63,919 nt of DNA, filler included, from Reclinomonas americana ATCC 50394 (GCA_048213135.1; 3 parts of 2 records of this genome joined end to end with filler, not necessarily neighbours in it), one strand, 5' to 3'. Shown: positions 42,301 to 54,518, counted from the whole stretch's first letter. The notes: generated by a model from the letters alone, not told the origin. Translations and numbers: made by a program.

Positions 42301-45300
42301 TGTTCCGCCTGCTCCGTCGCTCACTTGCACAATGACTTGCAGGTTATTGCCCGTGAGGCCAGCAATGCTGGATCGCAGGCTCGTGCCGCTGATGTTGAAC
42401 GATGCTTGATTCGTGCCACCGGTGATGGTGTACGTCAGTGTCTGACCCGCGTTGACATCAGTCGACGCAAGCGCGCCGATCACTCCATTTGAGACGAGAG
42501 GAGGAATGTATGCCGATGAAGACAGGGTGGGCGCAGTCGGATTCACGTTCGCTGCCATGGTCACGACGAATGAGTCACAGAGCAAACACATGACATCACA
42601 CACGGGGTCTCGCGCACACCTTCGTTGATGGTGAAGGTTGTCGTTGCCGTCAGCGTTCCATCACTGACGCGCACAATCACTTGCAATCCGTTGCCAGTAA
42701 GACCGGCCACACTCGACCGCAAGCTGGTTCCACTGATGTTGAAGGAGGCTTGATTCGTGCCACCGGTGATGGTATAGGTGAGAGTCTGACCCGTGTTGGG
42801 GTCCGTCGAAGCCAGTGTACCAATCACGCCATTCAGAGCCAAAGGCGGAGTGTATGTGGATGGCGAGAGTGTTGGTGCCGTCGGCGCAACATTGACTGCA
42901 ACAAAAACAGAATTAAGATTAATCACGCCACACATACTACTCGGTCGTCGAATGCTTGTGGATCACAACACACCTTCGCTGATGGTGAACGTCGCGCTTG
43001 CTGTTCCACCTGCTCCATCACTCACTTGCACGATGACTTGTAGATTGTTGCCGGTGAGACCAGCCACATTCGATCGCAGACTGGTGCCACTGATGTTGAA
43101 CGAAGCCGAGTTGGTGCCACCGGTGATGGTATACGTCAGTGTTTGACCCGTGTTTGCGTCCGTGGATGCCAGAGTGCCGATTGCTCCATTCAGCGCGAGC
43201 GGAGGCGTGTACGTCGATGACGACAAGGTCGGCGCAGTAGGGTTAACATTGACTGTAACGACATTGTCAAGAGGATGCGACGACAAGAATACAACATCAA
43301 GCCAACATGCCTTCGTTGATCGTGAAAGTGGCACTCGCTGTTCCACCAGCTCCGTCGCTCACTTGCACAATTACTTGCAGATTGTTGCCAGTGAGGCCAG
43401 CCACATTTGACCGCAGACTAGTGCCACTGATGTTGAAAGATGCTTGATTCGTGCCGCCCGTAATCGTATACGTGAAAGTCTGGCCAGTGTTCGCATCTGT
43501 TGACGCCAGAGTGCCGATCACTCCATTCAGAGCCAAAGGCGGAGTGTATGTCGATGACGACAAGGTCGGTGCAGTCGGATTCACGTTCGCTGCAACGGAT
43601 ACAAAGAGTAAGCAAACCACAATGAACTCGTTCCCAAATCAATCAACCAATAACAGACCCTCATTGATCGTGAATGTCGCGCTTGCCGTTCCGCCTGCTC
43701 CATCGCTCACTTGCACAATCACTTGCAGATTGTTGCCAGTGAGGTCAGCAATGCTGGATCGCAGGCTCGTGCCGCTGATGTTGAACGATGCTTGATTCGT
43801 GCCACCGGTGATGGTGTACGTCAGCGTCTGACCAGTGTTGACATCTGTCGACACCAGAGTGCCGATCACTCCATTCGAGGCAAGTGGCGGAATGTATGTC
43901 GATGAAGACAGGGTCGGCGGAGTCGGATTCACGTTCGCTGCCATGGTCACGACGAATGAGTCACAGAGCAAACACATAGCATCGCTAACAAATTCTCGCG
44001 CACACCTTCGTTGATGGTGAAGGTTGTCGTTGCCGTCAGCGTTCCATCACTGACGCGTACAATCACTTGCAGATTGTTGCCCGTGAGGCCGGCCACATTC
44101 GATCGCAAGCTGGTTCCACTGATGTTGAAGGAGGCTTGATTCGTGCCGCCCGTGATTGTGTAGGTGAGAGTCTGACCAGTGTTTGGGTCGGTCGAAGCCA
44201 GTGTGCCGATCACGCCATTCAGAGCCAAAGGCGGAGTGTATGTGGATGGCGAGAGTGTTGGTGCCGTTGGCGCAACATTAGCTGTAACACAAAACTGAAT
44301 AAATCACGACGCATACTACTCTGTCGTTAAAAGCTTGTGGAGCACAACGCACCTTCGCTGACGGTGAATGTGGCGCTTGCAGTTCCGCCTGCTCCGTCAC
44401 TCACTTGCACAATCACTTGCAGATTGTTGCCGGTGAGACCAGCCACATTCGAGCGCAGACTGGTGCCACTGATGTTGAACGAAGCCGAGTTGGTGCCACC
44501 GGTGATCGTGTACGTCAGGGTCTGACCCGTGTTTGCGTCCGTGGATGCCAGAGTGCCGATTGCGCCATTCAGCGCGAGCGGAGGCGTGTACGTCGATGAC
44601 GACAAGGTCGGCGCAGTAGGGTTAACATTGACTGTAACAACTATGTCATCAGGAGGCGACGACAAGAATACAACATCAAGCCAACATACCTTCGTTGATC
44701 GTGAAAGTGGCACTTGCTGTTCCACCAGCCCCATCGCTCACTTGCACAATCACTTGCAGATTGTTGCCAGTGAGGCCAGCCACATTTGACCTCAAACTCG
44801 TGCCACTGATGTTGAACGAAGCCGAGTTGGTACCACCGGTGATGGTGTACGTCAGTGTCTGGCCAGTGTTGACATCCGTCGATGCAAGAGTGCCGATCAC
44901 ATTGTTCATGGAAAGCGGCGGAGTGTAAGTTGTCGGTGATAACGTCGGTGTCGTCGGATTCACGTTGGCTGATTTGAGAACAAGAAGCATCTTGAGAATA
45001 CGTCACATGATGACGACTTAAAACAAGCTCAAACATCACCTTCGTTGATGGTAAATGTTGTGGTCGCCGTCAGCGTTCCGTCGCTGACTCGAACGATTAC
45101 TTGCAACCCGCTACCCGACAGGCTAGCGACATTTGATCGCAAACTGGTGCCGTTGATGTTGAATGACGCTTGATTCGTGCCACCGGTGATGGTGAACGTG
45201 AGAGTCTGACCGGTGTTGGGGTCGGTCGAAGCCAGAGTGCCGATTACGCTGTTCAGAGCCAAAGGTGGAATGTATGTGGATGGCGACAAAGTTGGTGCGG

Positions 45301-48300
45301 TGGGCGCAACGTTGACTGGAACACAAAGCAGAATTAACCACGACGTACATACTACTCGGTCGTTGAAGCTGGCGGAGCACAACGAACCTTCGCTTATGGT
45401 GAACGTGGCACTCGCTGTGCCACCTGCTCCATCGCTAACTTGCACAATCACTTGCAGATTGTTCCCCGTGAGACCGGCCACATTCGATCGCAAGCTCGTA
45501 CCACTGATGTTGAACGATGCCTGATTCGTGCCGCCCGTGATGGTGTAGGTGAGAGTTTGGCCAGTGTTGGCGTCTGTCGACGCGAGAGTGCCAATCACTC
45601 CGTTCGAGACAAGTGGCGGAGTGTACGTCGACGACGAAAGGGTTGGCGCAGACGGTGCAACATTGACTGTGATAGACAATGAGAAAAACCCCAACACCAC
45701 GAATACGAAGAAACAAGTACCTTCGCTGATGGTGAATGTCGTGCTAGCTGTGCCGCCCGCTCCGTCGCTTACTTGCACAATCACTTGTAGATTGCTGCCA
45801 GTGAGACCTGCCACATTCGAGCGCAAATTGGTGCCATTGATGTTGAACGATGCTTGATTCGTGCCACCCGTGATGGTGTACGTCAGGGTCTGACCCGTGT
45901 TGACATCAGTCGACGCAAGCGTGCCGATCACGCCATTCAGCGCGAGTGGAGGCGTGTATGTCGATGAAGACAGTGTCGGCGCAGTCGGATTCACGTTGGC
46001 TGCCATGGTCACAACGAATGAGTCGCAGAGCAAACACAGAACATCATTACTCACGGGGTCTCGCGCACACCTTCGTTGATGGTGAAGGTTGTCGACGCCG
46101 TCAGCGTTCCATCACTGACGCGCACAATCACTTGCAGGCCATTTCCGGTAAGGCCGGTCACACTCGACCGCAAGCTGGTTCCACTGATGTTGAACGAGGC
46201 TTGATTCGTCCCACCGGTGATGGTATAGGTGAGAGTCTGACCCGTGTTGGGGTCCGTCGAAGCCAGTGTACCAATCACGCCATTCAGAGCCAAAGGCGGA
46301 GTGTACGTGGATGGTGAGAGTGTTGGTGCCGTTGGCGCAACATTGACTGTGAGGAAATGAATTGGTCATGCAAAACCAAAATACTCCGGCAAGCAAGCCG
46401 TGACATCACGCACCTTCGCTAATGGTGAACGTGGCGCTAGCAGTTCCACCTGCTCCGTCACTCACTTGCACGATGACTTGCAGATTGTTCCCAGTAAGGC
46501 CAGCCACATTCGAGCGCAGACTCGTACCACTGATATTGAACGAAGCCGAGTTGGTGCCACCGGTGATCGTGTACGTCAGGGTCTGACCCGTGTTGACATC
46601 CGTCGACGCCAGAGTGCCGATAACTCCGTTCGAGGCGAGTGGCGGTGTGTATGTCGATGAAGACAAGGTCGGTGCAGTCGGATTCACGTTCGCTGCAATG
46701 CGTACGAAGAGTGAGCAAACCGCAATGAACTGGTTCCCCATATAAATCAATCAATAACAGACCCTCATTGATCGTGAATGTTGTGCTTGCTGTTCCGCCT
46801 GCTCCGTCACTTACTTGTACAATCACTTGAAGATTATTGCCAGTGAGGCCAGCCACATTCGAGCGCAAACTCGTGCCACTAATGTTGAACGAAGCCGAGT
46901 TGGTGCCACCGGTGATCGTGTACGTTAGCGTCTGACCAGTGTTGACATCAGTCGACGCCAGAGTGCCGATAACTCCATTGAGGGCCAACGGCGGGGTATA
47001 GGTGGATGGAGATAGTGTCGGCGCAGTTGGATTCACGTTCGCTGCAATAAAAACGAACGATGAGTAAAATGCGACGGACTAGTGCTCAAGCCAATCAACA
47101 ACAACAAACCTTCGCTGATAGTGAATGTTGTGCTTGCTGTTCCACCTGCTCCATCACTCACTTGAACAATCACTTGCAGACTGTTCCCCGTTAGACCAGC
47201 TACATTCGACCGCAAACTGGTGCCGTTGATGTTGAATGACGCTTGATTCGTGCCACCCGTGATCGTGTACGTCAGCGTCTGGCCGGTGTTCACATCTGTC
47301 GACGCCAGGGTGCCGATCACTCCGTTCAGTGCAAGTGGCGGCGTGTATGTCGATGAAGACAGGGTCGGCGCAGTTGGATTCACGTTCGCTGCAAAAGATA
47401 TGAAGAGTAAGCAAACCACGATGAACTCGTTCCCAAATCAATCAACCAACAACAGACCCTCGTTGATCGTGAACGTCGTGCTTGCCGTACCACCAGCCCC
47501 ATCACTCACTTGAACGATGACCTGTAGGCTGGTACCAGTGAGGCCAGCGACATTCGAGCGCAGACTCGTTCCACTGATGTTGAACGAAGCCGAGTTGGTA
47601 CCACCCGTGATCGTGTACGTCAGTGTCTGGCCAGTGTTGGGGTCTGTTGACGCCAGAGTGCCGATTACTCCATTCAGCGCAAGTGGTGGAGTGTATGTCG
47701 ATGACGACAAGGTCGGTGCAGTCGGATTCACATTTGCTGCAACGGATACGAAGAGTAAGCAAACCGCGACAAACTCGTCACATATCGATCAACCGACATC
47801 GTACCCTCATTGATCGTGAATGTCGCGCTTGCCGTTCCGCCTGCTCCGTCGCTCACTTGCACAATTACTTGAAGGCTATTGCCAGTGAGGCCAGCCACAT
47901 TCGAGCGCAAACTCGTTCCACTGATGTTGAACGATGCTTGGTTCGTGCCCCCAGTGATCGTGTTCGTCAGTGTCTGCCCCGTGTTGACATCTGTCGACGC
48001 CAGAGTGCCGATGACTCCATTGAGAGCCCGTGGAGGAGTGTATGTTGATGGGGATAGTGTCGGTGCAGTCGGCGCCACATTGGCTGTGAGGGGAAAAAGG
48101 CAGCATTGTCAACTGAAAGACACACAGAGCTCAAAAGGACCCCTTAAAAGCCCAAGGCTAGGAGCAGATAAAGGGAAGATGGGATTGCAGAACAAAATAG
48201 ATAGAGAGCAACGAAGGAAAGGAGAGAGTGAAGAAGGAAGGGAGTGAGTAAAGAAAAGAGAGAGAGAGAGTGAAGAGGGAAGAGAGAGAGAGAGAGAGAG

Positions 48301-51300
48301 TGAAGCAAGCAGAAACAATGAGGAAGGAAGAGAGAGTGAAGGAAGAGAGAGCGGAAAAGGACGGGAGAGAGTGAAGAAGGAAGGGAGAGAGTGAACAAAA
48401 GAGAGAGAGAGAGAGTGAAGAGGGAAGGAAGGGAGAGAGTGAAGAAAAGAGAGAGAGTGAAGAGGGAAGGAAGGGAGAGAGAAAACCAAGGAAAAGAGCG
48501 AAGCAAGCAGAAAAAGTGAAGAAGGAAGAGAGTGAAGAAGGAGGGGAGAGAGTGAAGTGAAGATGGAAGGGAGAAAGAGACAGTGAAGAAGGAAGGGAGA
48601 GAGAGAGAAAAACAAAGAAAAGAGTGAAACAAGCGGAAAAAGTGAAGAAGGAAGAGAGAGCGAAAAAGGACAGGAGAGAGCGAAGAAGAGAGAGAGTGAG
48701 CGAGGAAGGAAAACATAGAGACAGTATGTGATTGCAGTAGAGCGAGCAGTTATCAGATAAACAACTTATTTTCTCACGAAGACCATAGACGAGAGAGGCT
48801 GATGTAAAATTGCCTAATAAGCACACGGACCTTCGTTGATGATAAACGTCACACTTGCCGTACCACCAGCACCGTCGCTCACTTGAACGGTGACCTGGAG
48901 ATTGTTGCCGGTGAGGCTGGCAACATTCGAACGGAGACTGGTACCACTGATGTTGAACGAAGTCGAGTTCGTGCCACCCGTGATGGAGAAAGTCAGCGTC
49001 TGTCCCGTATTGATGTCCGTCGACGACAGTGTGCCGATCACCGCGTTCATGGACAACGGTGGAGTGTACGTGGTTGGTGACAACGTTGGTAACGAAGGGT
49101 TCACGTTGGCTGAAGAGATCACAAGATGAGACATGCGGGATAGTGATGCTACATGAAGGAATCTCACGTACCTTCGTTGATAGTAAAGGTTGTCGTCGCC
49201 GTTAGTGTTCCGTCACTCACGCGCACAGTCACTTGCAAGCCATTTCCGGTAAGGCCAGCCACATTTGAGCGCAGACTCGTACCGCTGATATTGAAGGAGG
49301 CCTGATTCGTGCCACCGGTGATCGTGTACGTCAGAGTTTGACCGGTGTTTGCATCCGTTGACGAAAGAGTGCCGATCACTCCGTTTGATACAAGAGGCGG
49401 AGTGTACGTGGACGGTGAGAGAGTTGGTGCCGTTGGCGCAACATTGACTGTAACACAAAGCAGGATGAATCGTGGCGCATACTACTCTGTCGCCAAAAGC
49501 ACAAACGCACCCTCGCTAATGGTGAATGTGGCACTTGCCGTTCCACCAACACCGTCGCTGACTTGCACAGTCACTTGCAAGCTGTTGCCCGTGAGACCAG
49601 CTACATTCGAGCGCAAGCTGGTGCCACTGATGTTGAATGACGCTTGATTCGTGCCGCCCGTGATCGTGTACGTCAGCGTCTGACCCGCATTGGAGTCCGT
49701 CGACGACAGCGTGCCGATCACTCCATTCAGCGCGAGTGGTGGCGTGTATGTCGACGACGACAGCGTCGGTGCCGTTGGGGCGGCATTCGCTGCATGGTAT
49801 TCTCTACTAGTGAGACGCAAACGTGGCCGCAAGATACTGCAAACGTGACGCAACGAGTAAGAGTAAACGTCTGCGTGTATGAGAGTGGAGGAACTCCATT
49901 GTCCGTCACTTGAATGTTCACCACCAAGTTACCGGTCTGGCCGCTGTTTTTGACACTCAGGTTGTTGCCGACGATTGTAAGATTCGACGCATTGGCGCCG
50001 CCCACAATCGCATATGTGAATGTCTGTTGCGTGTTGACATCGGTCGCGGACAGAGCACCGACCAGATAGTTGGCCGTGGGAGTCGGGGCCAAATACCACG
50101 GTGCATTTGGGTACGTGATTGCCGTGGGCGCGTTGTTGGTGGACGTTATGGTGAAGGTTTTGGAGAACATTCCATTGTTTCCGTCGTTTGCTGTCACCGT
50201 CACTGCAGAATCCAAGCGTTAAGACTGCAGTTGACGGGGAAAAGAGGCGGAGGTGCTTACCGGTGAGGGATGCCGATGTGAGGTTGGCTGTGAGGATCGA
50301 GAGTGTTGAACCCCTGCGAGTGAAGATGAGAGAAGGAGAGAAGGGGTAGAAGGAGAAAGGGGGAAGAAGAAAGGGGAAGGAGAAGGGGAAGGAGAAGGGG
50401 AAGGAGAAAGGGGGAAGGAGAAGGGGGAAGGAGAAAGGGGAAGGAGAAAGGGGGAAGGCGAAAGGGGGAAGGAGAAAGGGGAAGGAGAAGGCGGAAGAGA
50501 ATGGGGGGNNNNNNNNNNNNNNNNNNNNNNNNNNNNNNNNNNNNNNNNNNNNNNNNNNNNNNNNNNNNNNNNNNNNNNNNNNNNNNNNNNNNNNNNNNNN
50601 NNNNNNNNNNNNNNNNNNNNNNNNNNNNNNNNNNNNNNNNNNNNNNNNNNNNNNNNNNNNNNNNNNNNNNNNNNNNNNNNNNNNNNNNNNNNNNNNNNNN
50701 NNNNNNNNNNNNNNNNNNNNNNNNNNNNNNNNNNNNNNNNNNNNNNNNNNNNNNNNNNNNNNNNNNNNNNNNNNNNNNNNNNNNNNNNNNNNNNNNNNNN
50801 NNNNNNNNNNNNNNNNNNNNNNNNNNNNNNNNNNNNNNNNNNNNNNNNNNNNNNNNNNNNNNNNNNNNNNNNNNNNNNNNNNGGGGGAAGGAGAAGGGGA
50901 AGGAGAAAGGGAAGGAGAAAGGGAAGGAGAAGGGGGAAGGAGAAAGGGGGAAGGTGAAGAGGGAAGGGAAATAGGGAAGGAGAAGGGGGAATGAGAAGGG
51001 GGAGGAAGGAGTGGAGAAAGGAACAAGGGAGGACGAGGAAAGAGAAAAGAAAGGGATGACGAAGGGGAAGGAGAAGCGAAGAAGAGAAGCAGGGCGAGAT
51101 GCAGGGACAGCGAGAAGCAGAGAAAAAAGGGGAAGCCACTCACGATATCGAGAAATTGGTAGCATTCACGCCTCCGGTGATTGCGTATGTGAAGCTGGTG
51201 TCGATGGGATCTGGGTCGGTGGCCGACAAGGTGCCGACAACAACTCCAGCAACCGAGGGCGCAATGTAGGTCGCAGGCGTGAGCGTAATGTTGGTAGGGG

Positions 51301-53013
51301 GGCTGTTGGTGGCTGGTCCGCAGCAGACGACGCCGCCGGGAGAGAAGCCGGTGTTGCGGGCGCCGGCGGCGCTCTGCTGTGCGTAGTCGATGCGACCGCG
51401 GGAGGCGCCGAAGCAGCTGGTGGCGGTGGCTCCGCGAGCACTGCGTCGAGGGAGAGGGGAGGAAAGGGGGGTGGGTAAGGGAGAAGAGGGGGGAAAGGGG
51501 GAAGAGGGGGAAGAGGGGGGGTTAGAAAGAAAAAGAGTGAGAGAGAGTGAGAGAGAGAATGAGAAAGAGAGACTGAGAGTGTGAGAGAGACTGAGAGAGA
51601 AAGAGAGAGATTGAGAAATAGAGAGACTGAGAGAGAGAGGGAGAGACTGAGAGAGAGAGGGAGAGAGTGAGTGAGGGAGAGAGTGAGTGAGGGAGAGACT
51701 GCGAGAGAGAGACTGAGAGACATAGAGAGAGCAGAGAGAGACAGAGAGAAAGAGACTGAGAGAGTCTGAAGACTGAGAGAGAGAGAGAGACAGAGAGAGA
51801 GACAGAGAGAGAGACTGAGAGAGAGACTGAGAGAGAGAAAGAGTGAGACTGAGAGCAGAGAGACTGAGAGAGACTGAGAGACTGAGAGAGGCTGAGAGAG
51901 AGAGAGAGACTGTGAGAGAGACTGAGACAGAATGGGAGAAGGAGAGAGACTCTGAGAGAGAGACTGAGACAGAGAGACTGAGAGAGACTGAGAGAATGAG
52001 ACTGAGAGAGAGACTGAGACAGAGATTGTGAGAGAGAGATTGAAAGACAAAGAGACTCTGAGAGACTGAGAGACTGAGAGAGAGAATGAGAAGGACTGAG
52101 AAGGACTGAGAGAGACTGAGAGAGACAGAGTGAGAGAGAGAGAGAGAGAGCCAGAGAGTGAGACTGAGAATGAGACTGAGACTGAGAATGAGACTGAGAG
52201 CGAGAGAGACTGAGAGTGACCGAGAGATAAGAAAGAGAGAGAGAGAGAGAGGTGTTGACAGAGAACGAGATAGAGACTGAGAAAGAAACTGAGAAAGAGA
52301 CTGAGAAAGAGACTGTGAAAGAGACTGAGGAAGAGACTGAGAAAGAGACTGAGGAAGAGACTGAGGAAGAGACTGAGGAAGAGACTGAGGAAGAGACTGA
52401 GAAAGAGAAAAGAGAGAGACTGAGAGAGAAGAGAGAGAGAGCGGAGGAAAGACTTCGAACGCAGAGGACATGCTCACACTCTCACACTCTTGCATCTATG
52501 AATTGCCAAAAGAGTATCGATGAAAAAGATGGCCCACGTCTCCCTCACTTTCTCTCTCGTCCTCACTCTCTCTCTCTCTATCAGCCTTGCATTCTATCCT
52601 CTGTGATGCACGAGCAAAAGGCAAGGCGAATATTATCAGGATGAAGCGACAGGACGGGAGGGAGGGCAAGGGAGAACAACGATTCTGCACAGCTACTCAC
52701 GTGCATTGCGCTCCAATGCCCGCCACATCATTCGAGCCGCCGGCGGCTGCAGCAGAAAAGTCGAGTTGCTTGCAGCTTCCATTGTCACCGGCGGCGCGGT
52801 ATGCGTAACATCCGGCCACACCCACGGCCTCGGCGTAGTCGACCAGGCCGAGGGCGTTGGGTGAAATGTCGGCGAATGTGCACACCGAGTAGTTGGTGGC
52901 GCACAGGGCGGCTGCGGTGGAGTCCAAGATGGCGGTCCAGGTGCCGGAGCAGGTGCCGACGGCGAGGGTGGCGCTGGCCCAGTAGATGGTTGGTTGGCTG
53001 CCGCTGCTGCACA
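18397..53013 (-). CDS. Gene B: giant type-I membrane protein (Cys-rich head, ~70 cadherin-like repeats, ~6 IPT-like units, stalk, TM helix, ~400 aa tail); first exon missing; spans one linker and one gap
   Basis: Exons splice in frame from VCSSGSQPTIYW (53013) through repeats such as NVNPTAPTLSSSTYTPPLALNGVIGTLASTDVNTGQTLTYTITGGTNQASFNISGTSLRSNVAGLTGNNLQVIVQVSDGAGGTASTTFTINE. TM helix WLWAVIAASAVLLIGLHVIWFIY followed by CWRRRRH. Stop TAG at 18397-18399. Confidence 0.85.
19859..19928 (-). other. Gene B transmembrane helix
   Basis: WLWAVIAASAVLLIGLHVIWFIY followed by CWRRRR and preceded by a Gly/Ser linker. Confidence 0.85.
21750..24272 (-). other. About six IPT/TIG-like beta-sandwich units of gene B
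   Basis: Recurrent P...(T/Q)V.G.(N/H)L...F.(L/I)....C...(Y/L).(V/L/M)C pattern: FTVVGTNLAS, ITVQGNRLNK, VQLVGAHLDA, LVVPGLFLNA, VTISGINLTV, LTVMGVNLNA. The fold assignment is inference. Confidence 0.5.
24354..32168 (-). repeat. Membrane-proximal, diverged cadherin-like repeats of gene B (~20), many split by internal introns
   Basis: Units of the form NxPPT...Y.PP...VG.L...D.N...F.Y.IVGG....F.I.G..L....G..G..L.V.V..TD..G, with variable intron positions. Confidence 0.85.
29520..29619. other. Artificial assembly linker N44-TTAATTAATTAA-N44
   Basis: A six-frame stop sequence centred in an exactly 100-bp spacer. Confidence 0.95.
32227..49790 (-). repeat. Tandem array of ~49 one-domain exons (~276-282 nt) flanked by phase-1 introns
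   Basis: Typical junctions are ...GAA G|GT and YAG|(C/T)N AAY. Example exon 43252-42974 is 279 nt. Period is ~335-355 bp. Confidence 0.9.
48200..48720. repeat. GA-rich low-complexity expansion inside one gene B intron (48086-48829)
   Basis: Recurrent GAGAGTGAAGAAGGAAG-like units. Confidence 0.85.
51320..53013 (-). other. Cys-rich N-terminal head domain of gene B (two exons)
   Basis: CSGTW...AAALCATNYSVCT...GCYAYRAA...SC...QCT|ARGATATSC...GGVVCC, directly before the first cadherin repeat. Confidence 0.6.
51535..52440. repeat. GAGACT/(GA)n compound microsatellite in a gene B intron
   Basis: Degenerate GAGACTGAGA and GAGACTGAGGAA units. Confidence 0.9.
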
Positions 53014-53185
53014 CTGTGGGATGGGAGAAGGGATTAGGGGAAGGGGGAAAGGGGGAAAGGGGAAGGGGGAGGGGAAGGGTGAAGAGGGGAAGGGTGAGGA
53101 AGGAGGGAGGGTAAAGGGGGGAGGGAGGGTGAAGGGAGGAGGGGGGAAAGTAAACGGCTGAGAGTTTGAGGTCTCTCTTTCTCTG

Positions 53186-53239
<54 letters not shown>

Positions 53240-53544
53240 CCACATACACACGCCCTCTCTTGGCCTCTGTACTCTCTCTCTCTGTATGTCCGCCTTGTGT
53301 GCGTTCTTTCTTTATACCTCTTTGTCTCTTTCTGCTGACTTTTCTGTCGTTGAATATTCGCAAAGGCAGTACCTGCCCTCTCCGCACTCACTCACCTCCT
53401 CTCTCTGCATTCTTTCTGCTCTCGACCTCGACTCTCTCTCTCTCTCATATACACACCGTCGTGGCCTCTGCACTCTCTGTATGTCCGCCTTGTGTGCGTT
53501 CTTTCCTTATGCTTTTTCTCTTTCTGTGGTCTTTCTGCCGTTGA

Positions 53545-53644
53545 NNNNNNNNNNNNNNNNNNNNNNNNNNNNNNNNNNNNNNNNNNNNTTAATTAATTAA
53601 NNNNNNNNNNNNNNNNNNNNNNNNNNNNNNNNNNNNNNNNNNNN
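53545..53644. other. Artificial assembly linker N44-TTAATTAATTAA-N44
   Basis: Identical 100-bp spacer. Confidence 0.95.
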
Positions 53645-54446
53645 AGAGAGAGAGAGAGACAGAGAGACGTGATTAAACAAAGCAGCTCCTCTGAGAGAAG
53701 CGGAGGGAACAAAGAACAACAAGGGCGGGTGAGTGAGAAAAGTGCGTCTGTGTGAGAGAGAGTGAAAGAGAGTGAACTCAGGGGTTCAAGGGCGAGTGAG
53801 GGAAGTGTGTCTGTGTGTCTGTGTGCGAGGAATAGAGAGAGGTCGGAGAAATGCAACACAAGAGGGAGGAGATGAACTGTCAGGAAGAGAGGAAGATGTT
53901 TGAGAGGAATGATGCGCAAGGCATGAGAGCAAGAGAAGGAGGAGGAAAGGACAGAGGACGACGAGAAGAAAGAGCGGAGAATGAGTGAAGGGCAGAGATA
54001 CAGGGAAAAGTGGTATGCTTGATGCAGGTGGAAAGATGCAAAGAAAAGAGAGAGAGAAGGAGGAGGAGGAGAGGAGGACGAAAAGCGAGGGGAGAGAGTG
54101 AGAGACAGAGAGAGAGAGACACAGAGAAGCAGTTCTTGTTCAATAAGTAGTGAGGGAAAGTGGAAGAGGAGAAGGATGGGGGCAAGGAGGAAGAGGGAAT
54201 GGTGACAGAACGGGAAGAATGTGAGAGAGAGAGGTCGGAGAAGAAATGCAATTCACAAAGGAGGAGGCGAATTGCATGGGAGAGAGGAAGAAGTCTGAGA
54301 GACAGGCATGAGGGTGAGAAGGCGGAGGAGGAAGAAGAGGACGAGGAAGCAACGGGAGAGTGAGAAAGACAGAAGTGGAGAAAATCGAGAAAAATGGCAT
54401 GCTTGGACAAGGGAATGCATGTTGGAAAATGCAAGGCTAGAGGGCG

Positions 54447-54518
54447 GAGGAGGAGGAGGAGGAGGAGGAGGAGGAGGAGGAGGAGGAGGAGGAGGAGGAG
54501 GAGGAGGAGGAGGAGGAG
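54447..54518. repeat. (GGA)n trinucleotide microsatellite; (CA)n at ~54983-55018
   Basis: Perfect runs. Confidence 0.95.

Noticed and set aside
32227..49790. CRISPR-like repeat/spacer array
   Set aside because: The repeats are ~279-nt coding exons with synonymous variation, the spacers are spliceosomal introns, and no cas genes are present.
32227..49790. Plus-strand ORFs (…VPPAPSLTCTITCRLLPVRPAT…) as genes
   Set aside because: They are antisense shadows of the minus-strand exons, and the splice signals fit only the minus strand.
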